Shown in pieces: positions 7,240 through 16,774 of a stretch of 64,000 nt of DNA. This DNA comes from a virus. Within the stretch, counting starts at the first letter, position 1; every line of letters starts with the position of its first letter. Under the pieces are notes generated by a model. It searched no databases. It was given only the letters and a program-made list of their open reading frames with translations, and was not told the origin of the DNA. The position numbers and the translations under genes were made by a program. The stretch covers positions 96,001-160,000 of the IMG/VR virus record IMGVR_UViG_3300033485_000002; one strand, given 5' to 3'.

Positions 7240-8078
7240 TGTCTAAAGTGATCCATCTCAGTGACTTGCATGTCGGAAAGGAGGATAAGGATTACCGTAA
7301 GTGGCGCAAAGTCATGTATTACATCCAGGAGATGCATCCGCATGTCCCGGTGCTTATTACTGGCGATATCACTGATAGTGGCTCGGAGTTCCAGTTCGAG
7401 ATGGCGCGGGAGTGGGTGGGTGAGTTGGCGGTTTCAAACCCGGTGCTGATGGTTCCCGGCAACCATGACTATGCCTTCAAAGGCATGTTTCCCTTCCACT
7501 GTGCAGCTACCAACTTCGACAAGTGGTACAAGTACTGCGGCGATCCGCTCGGGTTTCGGTATGCCCCCGACATCCTGAACATGTGGAGGCCCGCAGAGCC
7601 TGCTTTTGAGGGCTATGGCTGCTTTCAGCTTGACGACCACATGATGGCCTTCTATGTGGACTCGGGCGATCCTAGACGGCGTGCAGGCTGTGCCAAGGGG
7701 TGGATTAGCCCCGGCATGTGCAGCACGCTGGCAAATGAGCTGCCCCAGTACGTGTCCTACACCCGGATCGTGATGCTGCACCATCACCCGTTCAGCCACA
7801 CCTTTTATCGTGGGCTGGAGGGATGGGCTAACTTCATGCAGGTGTTACGGGGCAATTGTGAGCTGTTGCTGTTTGGTCATGAGCATCGTTTCGGTGTGTG
7901 GCAGCAGTCGTATCTGCAAAATTATGAAGATTGGGGTATCGAGTGTATTGTCTCGTCCCATCGCACTTTGAACAAGGTATCCGGCACTTTCGGGGTGATC
8001 ACGGTCATCGAGATTGACAACCCCGGTACCCCGCATGTGAAGTTCCGCCCGGTGCTCGAAACGGTAGATTTCAGCTAA
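7239..8078 (+). CDS. Calcineurin-like metallophosphoesterase (CpdA/Icc-like)
   Basis: HLSDLH, ITGDITD, VPGNHD, LHHHP, FGHEH motifs in canonical order. Confidence 0.92.
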   Translation: MSKVIHLSDLHVGKEDKDYRKWRKVMYYIQEMHPHVPVLITGDITDSGSEFQFEMAREWVGELAVSNPVLMVPGNHDYAFKGMFPFHCAATNFDKWYKYCGDPLGFRYAPDILNMWRPAEPAFEGYGCFQLDDHMMAFYVDSGDPRRRAGCAKGWISPGMCSTLANELPQYVSYTRIVMLHHHPFSHTFYRGLEGWANFMQVLRGNCELLLFGHEHRFGVWQQSYLQNYEDWGIECIVSSHRTLNKVSGTFGVITVIEIDNPGTPHVKFRPVLETVDFS

Positions 8079-8090
8079 TGGTGTGAACTA

Positions 8091-8119
8091 TTGACAACAT
8101 CGATATGTTCATTGACAAT
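8091..8119 (+). promoter_or_regulatory. Sigma70-type promoter
   Basis: TTGACA-17 bp-GACAAT. Confidence 0.55.
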
Positions 8120-8155
8120 AGGAGAAGGAGAGCTAGTGCGGGAAAAGAGGCCACC

Positions 8156-8404
8156 ATGCCGTTAAAGGGAAAGCTAGTTGTAGCTATGCGTTTCGAGGTG
8201 CCGGTGAGCGAGCGGATGTACGCTGCCACACTGCGGGACAAGGGTGCCGTGACGGTGGAGGACATTCTGTCGGTGGAAGAGCAGAACTACCTCGCGGACA
8301 ATGACACCTACCTGTCGGCGATCCTGGAGCATGTGACCGAAGTGTCGTTCAGCTTCGAGCCTACAAAGGAGCGGTGGGATGATAGACCTTCAAGCGAACG
8401 GTGA
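8156..8404 (+). CDS. Hypothetical protein
   Basis: GAGG SD, ATG 8156. Confidence 0.6.
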   Translation: MPLKGKLVVAMRFEVPVSERMYAATLRDKGAVTVEDILSVEEQNYLADNDTYLSAILEHVTEVSFSFEPTKERWDDRPSSER

Positions 8405-8762
8405 CATCATCATGATGGACGACATCGAGGAGGATAGCGCGGCTGCTCGGGTGGCTACCCTGCTGAAGCAGGTGAACGATCTGGAACGCAGGATGGAGAA
8501 CATGACCCTGCTGCACCAGCAAGCGATGCAACGTCAGGAGCTGGAGCACAAGAAGCAGATCGGGGAGCTGTACGATGAGTTGCTGGCGAAGACCAAGCAC
8601 TTGAGCAGGGTGCAAGAGAGCGTGTTCGCGCTGCGGCGGAAGATCACCGAGTTGTTCGGTGAGGTGTTCAATACTTTGGAGATCCCGACTCCTCCCGCTA
8701 CAAACAACATGAATACATTTACTGTAGAGACAACTAAAGATATCCGGTTAGATGACCGATAG
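8379..8762 (+). CDS. Coiled-coil hypothetical protein
   Basis: ORF track; heptad repeats. Confidence 0.65.
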   Translation: MIDLQANGDIIMMDDIEEDSAAARVATLLKQVNDLERRMENMTLLHQQAMQRQELEHKKQIGELYDELLAKTKHLSRVQESVFALRRKITELFGEVFNTLEIPTPPATNNMNTFTVETTKDIRLDDR

Positions 8763-8790
8763 GTGTTTCTGCATCTAATAGGAGTATTGG

Positions 8791-9090
8791 GTGGTATACC
8801 ATGTATTGTTCATTTACACTCCTTACAAAGAGCCGGAACGTTGGGTGCAGGGGCACAAATCCTTTGAGTGGGACACTCGGCCTGTAACATGGGAGGAGAT
8901 GCAACTTGTGTATCGCTTTCTAAAGTTACATAAGCAAGCGAGTCATGTGTACATCTATGGCATCAAGACAGATGCAGAGTACCAAGCACATCCACATAGG
9001 TGCGTATACAGCAAAGGACCACGTAAGCTGAATAAGGAGGAGGAAGGGGAATATGGCGACGTTGCGTGCGGCTCAGGTTCAGAAAATTAG
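8791..9090 (+). CDS. Hypothetical protein
   Basis: AGGAG SD, GTG start. Confidence 0.55.
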   Translation: MVYHVLFIYTPYKEPERWVQGHKSFEWDTRPVTWEEMQLVYRFLKLHKQASHVYIYGIKTDAEYQAHPHRCVYSKGPRKLNKEEEGEYGDVACGSGSEN

Positions 9091-9262
9091 GAGCCAATGG
9101 CGAGGCAACGGAGGGGATAAGACACTGTATGAGCTTAAGCAACTTTACGAGATGACGGTCAACGAGATGTATTGCATTCTGTCCACATGTGATTTCGAGG
9201 CGATGCGGCGAGCGAACAGTAGGCACGGGTGGAAGGTCCACTCGTACCGAGAGGTGGCATAA
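9053..9262 (+). CDS. Hypothetical protein (possible HTH)
   Basis: Strong SD; TAATG coupling to next gene. Confidence 0.55.
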   Translation: MATLRAAQVQKIRSQWRGNGGDKTLYELKQLYEMTVNEMYCILSTCDFEAMRRANSRHGWKVHSYREVA

Positions 9263-9672
9263 TGGTCCGATTCCGTGGTGTTCCACGTACGAGGGTCAAG
9301 TATGAGCCTCGTTACAAGACGAAGCGGCAACCAGTAGGTGCAGCAACAAAGTCAACAGTGCTGGCCAGATCGGTGAGAAGAGCCATGGACGCATATCAGA
9401 AGTTGCATTCAGACCCGGACAAGATGCCTATGCGCGGGCGGACTCTTTGGACCGCCTATTACGGGGGGCAACAGGTCTCCATTCGGGCGTCGGCAGTGTC
9501 GCCCCATCAGACCATTCGCCGGATGCTGATCGAGCACCTGGGCTACAATCCGGGGGAGATTATGCTCGTGCAGGCTGGTGGCCTGGGGCAGTACTACGAC
9601 GAGGCCGATAGCCAGTGTGAGGTGGATATCGACCTGTTGCATGAGGACGAGCAGACAGAAAGTTCTCCGTGA
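9262..9672 (+). CDS. Hypothetical protein
   Basis: GAGGTG SD, ATG 9262. Confidence 0.6.
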   Translation: MVRFRGVPRTRVKYEPRYKTKRQPVGAATKSTVLARSVRRAMDAYQKLHSDPDKMPMRGRTLWTAYYGGQQVSIRASAVSPHQTIRRMLIEHLGYNPGEIMLVQAGGLGQYYDEADSQCEVDIDLLHEDEQTESSP

Positions 9673-9731
9673 TTTAGGCTGTCTTGTAAAGTTTTGCGCA
9701 GCTACCTCTTTATTTCTTAGAGGTGCGCAAT

Positions 9732-9851
9732 ATGAGCCTTTATGCGTTAACTCAAAATGGTAATCGTGCTCTACTCTTCAGTTTCCTAAAAACCGCTGTA
9801 GTCATCGTTGTTTTCGGTATGATCGTCATAGGGTTTTTAGGAACGCTTTAG
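9732..9851 (+). CDS. 39-aa hydrophobic peptide inside a long RNA hairpin (type I toxin-like architecture)
   Basis: GAGGTG SD; MSLYALTQNGNRALLFSFLKTAVVIVVFGMIVIGFLGTL. Confidence 0.5.
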   Translation: MSLYALTQNGNRALLFSFLKTAVVIVVFGMIVIGFLGTL

Positions 9852-10076
9852 TTCCTCTCATGCTTCGCACCTATCCTTTTTCTACAGGGTGCGCCCACCT
9901 ACAAGCGTGAGCTTTACTCCGTTTCAACATAGTCCTTGATCTTGACACCCTTGCCCTTTATTGGTGTGGAAAGGGTGCGTTGAGTTCCGGAAAAAGAAAG
10001 GGCAGTAGCCGACCACGGTTAAGGTCGAGGGTTTTGTCCAAGTTATGTAGTAACAAGCTCCTTTATTTCCTGGAGG

Positions 10077-11945
10077 ATGACCGCCAGGATGGCTAAGCGT
10101 CTAACCGAAATTGCCGTAGACCGCATCACCCCGGCTATGGAGAAGACTGTCAAAATGCTTGACCGCATTATGCGGAACAAGGTCAAGAAGTATGGTGCTT
10201 CTCAGCTTGTGACAAAGAGTAAGCGGTTTGGTAAGGATGCCTTTTTCAACGAGTATAAGGGTAGGGTCATTCGTTTAGGCGGGGGCACTGGCCCGACTGT
10301 TCATGTAACTCGTCTTAGAAAGCCAGCTAAGCTGCGTAAGCATAGGGAAATCCCCGGAGGACAGTTTGACGATTTGAACAATGCGGTAACTATCAATCCG
10401 TCAATTTTTCGGGGCAGCCCAGAGTCGTCACAAAATACTATTGCTCATGAGCTATTTCATAGTACAGATCCTGGTGCTTTGATATCAAGAAGTTACAAAT
10501 TAGGGTCAAAGGGGTACTATCAAGACCCTGCGGAAGTCTCAGCCATAGCTGCAACTGGTTCATTAAGAACTGTTCGCCATTTTCATCAAAACGATATACC
10601 TGACAAAGTTGCCAGGATGAAGATTTCCAGTCGGAACCGAGACGATTGGAGAGATCCCCATCTGTGGATGCTAATGCAGAAGAATAGTGGAAGTTCTAAA
10701 GTAGAGAGGAAGATCCGTCAAAAGGTGGGGAAGAACCTTCATCGAGCTTATGAGCGGGTATACCGCCCCGAGACGTATGTGCCTCGGGCGGTTAAACGGG
10801 CGAAGCTGCCCGAGGGGTTGGCTGAAGCCGTTTCCAAGTGGACTCGGCAGGGGTTGCGTCAGAAGTGGAGCATTTCTCCGACTGTTGATACCCATGTTCC
10901 TAATCCGGAATTCGATCAAGTGTTCTCCTTGTGGCAGATGCAGCACCCTCACAAGAAGGTTGTGGGGAATACTTTGAAGATGGCTAACGAACGTCGTGCG
11001 GCTGTGAGTAAACGTAAGAAACTACCGGAGGATATGAACATGCCCGAGCGTGAAGAGCTGTTAGAGCGTGCCCATGCTTTCTTGAACGAGGGACCAGGAG
11101 CCTATGTGAACTCATTGATTGGTATGGCTCCTCATCAGGAGAATCGGGGGCCAACGTATGAGAAAGCCTACAAAACGTACCAGCACCGGGCAAGAAAAGG
11201 AGCGGTGATCGGGGCTGTGACTGGTGCCGCTGCGGGGTTTGCTGGTGGGGCGCTTGCTGGTGGGATAACTGCGCCTTTTGGAGCTGTGGTTGGGGCACTC
11301 GGTGGTGGTGCTGCTGGGAGTGCAATGGGGCAATATTCTGCTTATCGGAAGATAAAAAAAGCTTCTTACCCGAAACCCGTTAAGCCCACTACCGAAGAGC
11401 TTCTCGACCGTGCCGCTGAGTTTTTGAATGAGGTTGTATCTCGGAAGACTAGAGCCGAGTTGAGTGGGCCGTGGGATGAGCCAGAGGGCAATTACTCATC
11501 TCGGGACCATTTGGCATTGTTAGCTAGTAACCCAGGGGACTGGATGGGGTCAAGGGAGCAACAAGCGGCTCAGAACACCTTACAGATGAACAAAGAACGA
11601 ATGGACGCTTATTCTGCTCAGACTGACGCTGCTATTAAGGGTGATTGGTTTAAGGAGCGTCTTTCGGGTAAAACTCGTAAAGAGATAAAGAATGCTTTTA
11701 AACGTTCGGGAGTAGCTTATCCCCATGGACGGCATCCTCGTAAAGATCGTAGAGGTGGTAGTCTTGACACGCTTATGACCCAATGGCGGAAAGAGCATCC
11801 AACGGAAGAGCTATTAACCCAAGCTCGTGCTTTCTTGGATGAAATTGTTGCCCCTCAACCATCTCTTTCGCAAAGGGTGGAACGGGCAAAAAAGAAGGGG
11901 CCATTGGGTCAGATGTTGGACCCCTACGCCCATGTTAAGTTTTAA
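10077..11945 (+). CDS. Modular basic protein, putative internal head/ejected polyprotein (HExxH module, glycine zipper, 3x EELLxRAxxFLxE linker)
   Basis: TIAHELFH; GAVIGAVTGAAAGFAGGALAGG; linkers at ~11052, 11394, 11805. Confidence 0.75.
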   Translation: MTARMAKRLTEIAVDRITPAMEKTVKMLDRIMRNKVKKYGASQLVTKSKRFGKDAFFNEYKGRVIRLGGGTGPTVHVTRLRKPAKLRKHREIPGGQFDDLNNAVTINPSIFRGSPESSQNTIAHELFHSTDPGALISRSYKLGSKGYYQDPAEVSAIAATGSLRTVRHFHQNDIPDKVARMKISSRNRDDWRDPHLWMLMQKNSGSSKVERKIRQKVGKNLHRAYERVYRPETYVPRAVKRAKLPEGLAEAVSKWTRQGLRQKWSISPTVDTHVPNPEFDQVFSLWQMQHPHKKVVGNTLKMANERRAAVSKRKKLPEDMNMPEREELLERAHAFLNEGPGAYVNSLIGMAPHQENRGPTYEKAYKTYQHRARKGAVIGAVTGAAAGFAGGALAGGITAPFGAVVGALGGGAAGSAMGQYSAYRKIKKASYPKPVKPTTEELLDRAAEFLNEVVSRKTRAELSGPWDEPEGNYSSRDHLALLASNPGDWMGSREQQAAQNTLQMNKERMDAYSAQTDAAIKGDWFKERLSGKTRKEIKNAFKRSGVAYPHGRHPRKDRRGGSLDTLMTQWRKEHPTEELLTQARAFLDEIVAPQPSLSQRVERAKKKGPLGQMLDPYAHVKF

Positions 11946-11960
11946 TGAGGTAATAAGAAG

Positions 11961-12557
11961 ATGAACCCGAACATCGTTAGAGCCGCAGTGACTGCCGTGA
12001 AGTCGGGTTCGCATACGCCGAATCATGTGATTGCCCTGCGTAAGGCGCATACCTTCTTGTCGGCTAACAAGTCCCACGCTTGGAACAAAAGTCCCTCACT
12101 CCATCAGGCTTTCAACAAGGTTGGGTTAGGCATAAAGACGGAGAGTGCTATGAGCAAGGATAAGGCATTGTTTGCCCAGGTTGTTAACCATCTGATTGAG
12201 GAAGAGGGCAAGAAGAAAGCCCGTAAGCCTTGGCCGATCCGGCCCAGTGAGTTGAGCGGGATGATCAAAGCCAGCCGTGATAAGAAATGGGGTTATGGGC
12301 TTTCGGTGGCGGTGAACCATCCAGAGGTGGGGCAGGTGACCTTCGACAAGTTCTTCAATAAGCCGAACCAAGTGGGGCACCGGTTGGATACGCGCTCCTT
12401 CAGTGATCAGGAGCGGCTTGTGAACTTTCTCAGACGGTATGGAGTGGAGCCTACGATCAAGGGGCCATCCGCAGGTGGGGAAGCTGCTCCGGTCGGCAAG
12501 AAGACCAAGAAGACCAAGAAGCTGAAGGAAACGCTTGATGAGGACCGCGAGTTCTAA
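11961..12557 (+). CDS. Basic putative internal head protein (VVNHLIEE linker)
   Basis: GAGG SD; C-terminal FSDQERLVNFLRRYGV resembles FANRDKLIAFLGEHGV of next gene. Confidence 0.7.
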   Translation: MNPNIVRAAVTAVKSGSHTPNHVIALRKAHTFLSANKSHAWNKSPSLHQAFNKVGLGIKTESAMSKDKALFAQVVNHLIEEEGKKKARKPWPIRPSELSGMIKASRDKKWGYGLSVAVNHPEVGQVTFDKFFNKPNQVGHRLDTRSFSDQERLVNFLRRYGVEPTIKGPSAGGEAAPVGKKTKKTKKLKETLDEDREF

Positions 12558-12559
12558 GC

Positions 12560-15238
12560 ATGGGCAAGTGGTCGCTTCTTGAGGTTCGAGGCTTCCCGAG
12601 CATCACCGGGGAGGAGCTGTTGCAGCTTGTCCAGGATGCTCGGTTCAGGGGCGGGAACACACTCAGCTTCAGGGTGGACATCGATGACCCGGTCAAGGGT
12701 TTGTTGTCCTTTCGGCGTTTCCTTGGTAACGGTACCAGTCGAGTCGAGATCCGATCTTTTGCTAACCGGGACAAGCTGATCGCGTTCCTCGGTGAGCATG
12801 GCGTACGTTATAACGTACGGCACCATGTACATGAGGATGTGGGCCACACCTTTACCAGACAGGCTACTGGGATTCCTTTCTACGTTAACGGCAACTTTGA
12901 AGTTTGTATCGGAAAGCCGGGGCAGTTCCACGCCACGATGAAGGGCTATGAAGCTGATGAGCGTACCAAGGGCGTGTTCGCCCGTGGTTACTATCATTCG
13001 GCAAGGCCGATTCAGGATGTGCCATCTGCGTTGCAGTGGTGGACAGAACATCTGCATGATGCCGCAACAATGCAGGAGTTAGAGAGAATAGCGACAGAGG
13101 CTTTTGAGAAAAAGGGATACAGGGTGGAAGAGCCTAACTGGTCCAAGTGGTTGAAGAGGCGCAAAGAGCAAGAGTTTGTGGCACTGCGCAGAGCGGGGAA
13201 GGTCATGCAGCGAGAGGGAGCTATCGAACGAGCTGTTGACCAGCTACTCCATGAACATGAAGCAAAATATACCGGTTATTCTCCATTTGGTGGGGGGATT
13301 AGATCTAAAGAAGCACAATCTCATATGAAAAGACTTGGAGGAGAACTTCGTAAGGAGAAGGGGTTATCATATCTTTTATACCCTGAGTATTACGGCCACT
13401 GTGCTCACTGTCGTCAAGATGACAGTAAAATGTGGTTAACGTCGCATAGACAGTGGAGTAAACTTCCTTTAGAACATCGAGATAAAGTGTTATGTGTGAA
13501 TTGTTTTCGCAAATTAAGTAATCTAAAAGAAGTACATGATATTACCCAAAAGGTTTATAGCGAAGCGGTTGACCATTTGCTTGAGGGGGTTCAGGTGACA
13601 TCAGGTCAAGCTCGACGAGTGGCTGAGCGTATCGGGGCGAATAAGGTTGACCTGGAGCAGCTCCGTCGAGGGCTTGAGGTTGAGCAGGAGCACGGGGACA
13701 AGGACAAGCAGACGGATGTGGTCCCTGGCAAAGATGCTAAAAACCTTGACACCTTCGGCAAGATCGCCTTGGCTCACCTGAAAGAGATTCCGGACTACTA
13801 CACCCGGCTCGCCAAGATGGAGAAGGTAGGCAAGAAGGCGGTCAAGGAAGCGGTAGAGCATCTGCTTCGTGAAGATTCTATAGCTGACACTCTTCAGACT
13901 ATGCTTGCGAAACATCGTAGTACAAAGGTTCGGATCAAAAATCGTCCACCGGTACGAGTAGTTGTCCGTCATAAAGCAACATCTAGATCTCTTACAGGGG
14001 CTTATTATCACCCTGGGGAGCAACAGGTATACGTTGGTAAAAAGGGGAAGAAATTTTCGCCTTTTGAGCGAACAATTTTAGCGCATGAGCTGGGACATCA
14101 CCGGAATTGGAGCCATGTCCCACTTTCTCCGCAGGGGAAAATGAAAATGGCATCAACTGCTCAGGCAGCGTACCAAGCTGGGGCGCTTGCAGGTACGGTA
14201 GGAGCGCTTGGTGCAAAGACTGATAAACAGGCGAAGGCAGCGGCGACTATTGGCACGGTGGCGGCATTACCTCGTTATGGGGATGAGGCGTTGGCTAATG
14301 CACGTGCGCTTGGGCGTACTGTAGCGAAACACGGAGCGCGGGGGCTTTTAGCAGGTAAAGCAGGCCCATTACGTGCTGTTGGTGTGAGTATGGCTAGTTA
14401 TAGCATGTTGCCTGCTATGCCTTGGTTAGCTTATGCCCATCGTCGAGCAATTAGAAAGTCGGCAAACTATCATGCTCTTCAATCAAGAACCCGGAAACAA
14501 ATTCAACATGCTGTTCAACATGGGGAGAGCACAAGGCGTTTAGCTAAAAAGTATGATGTGACGCGGCGGTCTGTGCGGGCGATGGGCAAGAGTACTCGGA
14601 CACCTAAGCCATCGTGGCATAGTCATTCTCCTTACTATGGTTATTTTCTTCAAACAGCTAAAAAGCAACGTCATGGGGTCAAGGAAGCGGTAGAGCATCT
14701 GCTTCGTGAAGGCAGGTTCGATTACAAGTCCTCGGTGGGGGTACAGAGTCAGTTTGCCCCGCAGCAGAAGATGACGTTGCAGAGAGCGGTTAACACGAAT
14801 AAGTATTCGGCACCGAAGGCTTCACAGCAAGCGGTTAAGCCGCAGGTATCGAAGCAACAGGAAGTCAAAGAAGCTGCGGATCAGATGCTTGCCGAGGGGT
14901 TCTTCAAAGATATGTTGTTCTACGACCTGTCCCGACATCACCCTCGTGCCGGTAGGCGGGCTGAGCACATGCGTCCAGCGTCTTCAAAGCCTAAGCCAGC
15001 TTATGAGCCTATGGGGCGGTATAACCCGGCTACGGTGTATCCGGAAGGGCACCCGATGCATCCAGGTACGGTGAAGGCTCCTAGCCCGATAGCAACAACG
15101 GCAAGTAGTTCAGCAAAAGCAGGTACGGCAAAGAAGCTTTTTACGCGACGGAGTGCAGCGGTTTTGGCAGTTCCGCTATTAGCTGTAGGCGGCACGAAAG
15201 CGTATGAGGCATGGGCGACTCGTCGTAAGAAAAAGTAG
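12560..15238 (+). CDS. 892-aa modular basic polyprotein: CxxC zinc finger, DUF5661-like domain, HExxH+glycine-zipper module, HTH-like module; 5x EA[VA]xxLLxE-type linker
   Basis: CAHC...CVNC; EQLRRGLEVEQEH...KIALAHLKEIPDYYTRLAKME; TILAHELGH...DEALANARAL. Confidence 0.78.
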   Translation: MGKWSLLEVRGFPSITGEELLQLVQDARFRGGNTLSFRVDIDDPVKGLLSFRRFLGNGTSRVEIRSFANRDKLIAFLGEHGVRYNVRHHVHEDVGHTFTRQATGIPFYVNGNFEVCIGKPGQFHATMKGYEADERTKGVFARGYYHSARPIQDVPSALQWWTEHLHDAATMQELERIATEAFEKKGYRVEEPNWSKWLKRRKEQEFVALRRAGKVMQREGAIERAVDQLLHEHEAKYTGYSPFGGGIRSKEAQSHMKRLGGELRKEKGLSYLLYPEYYGHCAHCRQDDSKMWLTSHRQWSKLPLEHRDKVLCVNCFRKLSNLKEVHDITQKVYSEAVDHLLEGVQVTSGQARRVAERIGANKVDLEQLRRGLEVEQEHGDKDKQTDVVPGKDAKNLDTFGKIALAHLKEIPDYYTRLAKMEKVGKKAVKEAVEHLLREDSIADTLQTMLAKHRSTKVRIKNRPPVRVVVRHKATSRSLTGAYYHPGEQQVYVGKKGKKFSPFERTILAHELGHHRNWSHVPLSPQGKMKMASTAQAAYQAGALAGTVGALGAKTDKQAKAAATIGTVAALPRYGDEALANARALGRTVAKHGARGLLAGKAGPLRAVGVSMASYSMLPAMPWLAYAHRRAIRKSANYHALQSRTRKQIQHAVQHGESTRRLAKKYDVTRRSVRAMGKSTRTPKPSWHSHSPYYGYFLQTAKKQRHGVKEAVEHLLREGRFDYKSSVGVQSQFAPQQKMTLQRAVNTNKYSAPKASQQAVKPQVSKQQEVKEAADQMLAEGFFKDMLFYDLSRHHPRAGRRAEHMRPASSKPKPAYEPMGRYNPATVYPEGHPMHPGTVKAPSPIATTASSSAKAGTAKKLFTRRSAAVLAVPLLAVGGTKAYEAWATRRKKK
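13840..14711 (+). repeat. Perfect 35-bp direct repeat (13840-13874 and 14677-14711) encoding VKEAVEHLLRE
   Basis: GGTCAAGGAAGCGGTAGAGCATCTGCTTCGTGAAG occurs twice in frame. Confidence 0.95.
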
Positions 15239-15295
15239 TTTATCTTGTTGGGACTAGCGATGTAGCTTTATTCTAGGGAGTATAGGAGACTTAAA

Positions 15296-16099
15296 ATGGC
15301 TAAGCAAAAAACTGTATCCTCTAAAGAACATGCAGCGCAAAGTAGAAGGTGGTTAGCCCAAGTTGGAACAGGGGGACTTGGTGGCTATATGGGGGGGCGT
15401 GCTATTGGGTCTGCTATCCCTACTAGTAGTATGACTGCGAAAGCTGCACTTATGACTGCTGGTGGAGTTGGTGGGGCAGTTGGTGGGTATTATGCTGCCA
15501 AATCTCATTTAGGACAGGACTTAAAGCAAATGGAGCGAAGTCCTAATAAGCCAAAGGCAGCTAAAGCTTTTGCTGCTAATCATCCGGTTGCAGCGGTAAT
15601 GATCCTGCCGAAGAATAAGTTTCAACAGCAAAAGTTAGCTTCTCGTGGTACTGGTGGGCACATAGGGCATGCTCTCCTCCGAAATATGGGGGGCGGCCCA
15701 ATGAATATTATCCGGTATGGGGCAAAATCCCATTACGCTAAAGCCGGATATTATCGAGAGGAAGATATGCTTAGAGATGAGCTGATTGAGCAGATTCTAG
15801 TAGCTGCTTTAGACGAAGGTAAGCTCCAGGATCTCGATCAAGCGCTTCATCGTCAGCGGAAGTTTAAGAGCAGGGGGCTTCAGAAGGCTGACAAGTTCTT
15901 ACACCGCCGCCCAGCACAGGATGTTGGACGAGCTGCCCGTCGTGTGAAGCGTGTTGCTAGTGGTGCGGCGCATAAGGCTGTCCGTGGGCTGAAACGAACG
16001 GATCGTAAGCTGCACCGTTCTTATCAATTTAAGAATAAGGGATTGAAGAAGGTGGACAGGTTCCTGCATCGGAAGATTGCCGAGGCTGAACTTGCATGA
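15296..16099 (+). CDS. Basic glycine-zipper protein with C-terminal [GK]LxxxDxxLHR repeats; putative internal head protein
   Basis: AGGAG SD; VGTGGLGGYMGG..AGGVGGAVGG; RDELIEQILVAALDE linker. Confidence 0.7.
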   Translation: MAKQKTVSSKEHAAQSRRWLAQVGTGGLGGYMGGRAIGSAIPTSSMTAKAALMTAGGVGGAVGGYYAAKSHLGQDLKQMERSPNKPKAAKAFAANHPVAAVMILPKNKFQQQKLASRGTGGHIGHALLRNMGGGPMNIIRYGAKSHYAKAGYYREEDMLRDELIEQILVAALDEGKLQDLDQALHRQRKFKSRGLQKADKFLHRRPAQDVGRAARRVKRVASGAAHKAVRGLKRTDRKLHRSYQFKNKGLKKVDRFLHRKIAEAELA

Positions 16100-16158
16100 G
16101 CGGTAAAGAGTAGTATATTACCTTTTGAAGGTAAGGCAGGTGGGTGTTGGCACAACTG

Positions 16159-16209
16159 CCACCCCGGCCCCCCATATCACCAACACGGGGACCGGGGCCT
16201 TCTTTTTTT
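16159..16209 (+). terminator. Probable terminator hairpin before tRNA-Gln
   Basis: CCCCGG(C)CCC...GGGGACCGGGG followed by TCTTTTTTT. Confidence 0.5.
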
Positions 16210-16281
16210 AGGGGCATGGTGTAATCGGTAGCACGCAACACTTTGGATGTTGTGGTTGGGGTTCAAGTCCCTGTGCCCCTG
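16210..16281 (+). tRNA. tRNA-Gln(TTG)
   Basis: Acceptor AGGGGCA/TGCCCCT, anticodon arm CAACA-CTTTGGA-TGTTG, T-loop GTTCAAGT, G discriminator. Confidence 0.88.
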
Positions 16282-16310
16282 TTTCGGATTTAGTGTGGGG
16301 GTCTTTTACT

Positions 16311-16514
16311 ATGGAAAGTGGCAAGATGCTTTACCTTCTTGTGCAACGCACGGAAGTTCTTCATGGGCATAATGATATCTACGCTGGTGTTTTCGAACTG
16401 CGCTCAGATGCGGAAGCGGCTATTGCCCAACAACCTATCAACTTGCGTTGGCAGTTCGTGATCTATCCGGTCATGTTTAAGCGGCTACGTACTCCGGAGT
16501 ATTCGCCTCCGTAG
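16311..16514 (+). CDS. Hypothetical protein
   Basis: ORF track; IYAGVF...AEAAI motif of small phage proteins. Confidence 0.55.
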   Translation: MESGKMLYLLVQRTEVLHGHNDIYAGVFELRSDAEAAIAQQPINLRWQFVIYPVMFKRLRTPEYSPP

Positions 16515-16534
16515 TCTTTATTGCATGGGGTGGG

Positions 16535-16729
16535 ATGACCAGTTTACTGTACCTCGGGGCGCTGTTGTTGCTGCTGCTGGTCTGTATCGCTGTCACGAAT
16601 ACCCGCTCCAGTGTTCGTTGCCCTGCTTGTGGGACAATGATGCGGCGGATGGCGAATGCTGGATGGGGCATGACGCTGTATATCTGTCCTATTTGCAAGA
16701 AGTACTTCTATGAAGACGAGGTTGGATAG
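16535..16729 (+). CDS. Membrane-anchored zinc-ribbon protein
   Basis: N-terminal TM helix; CPACG...CPIC. Confidence 0.6.
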   Translation: MTSLLYLGALLLLLLVCIAVTNTRSSVRCPACGTMMRRMANAGWGMTLYICPICKKYFYEDEVG

Positions 16730-16745
16730 TTGCGGTTGCACGGGC

Positions 16746-16774
16746 TTGACAAAGATGCTCACGTCATCTACGAT
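16746..16774 (+). promoter_or_regulatory. Sigma70-type promoter
   Basis: TTGACA-17 bp-TACGAT. Confidence 0.65.

Noticed and set aside
14480-14590. HTH-like segment STRRLAKKYDVTRRSV as the self-target of array units 1-2
   Set aside because: Same motif class, but residues and dinucleotides do not match the decoded LARE..VSQPQISNIVLGKSW pattern
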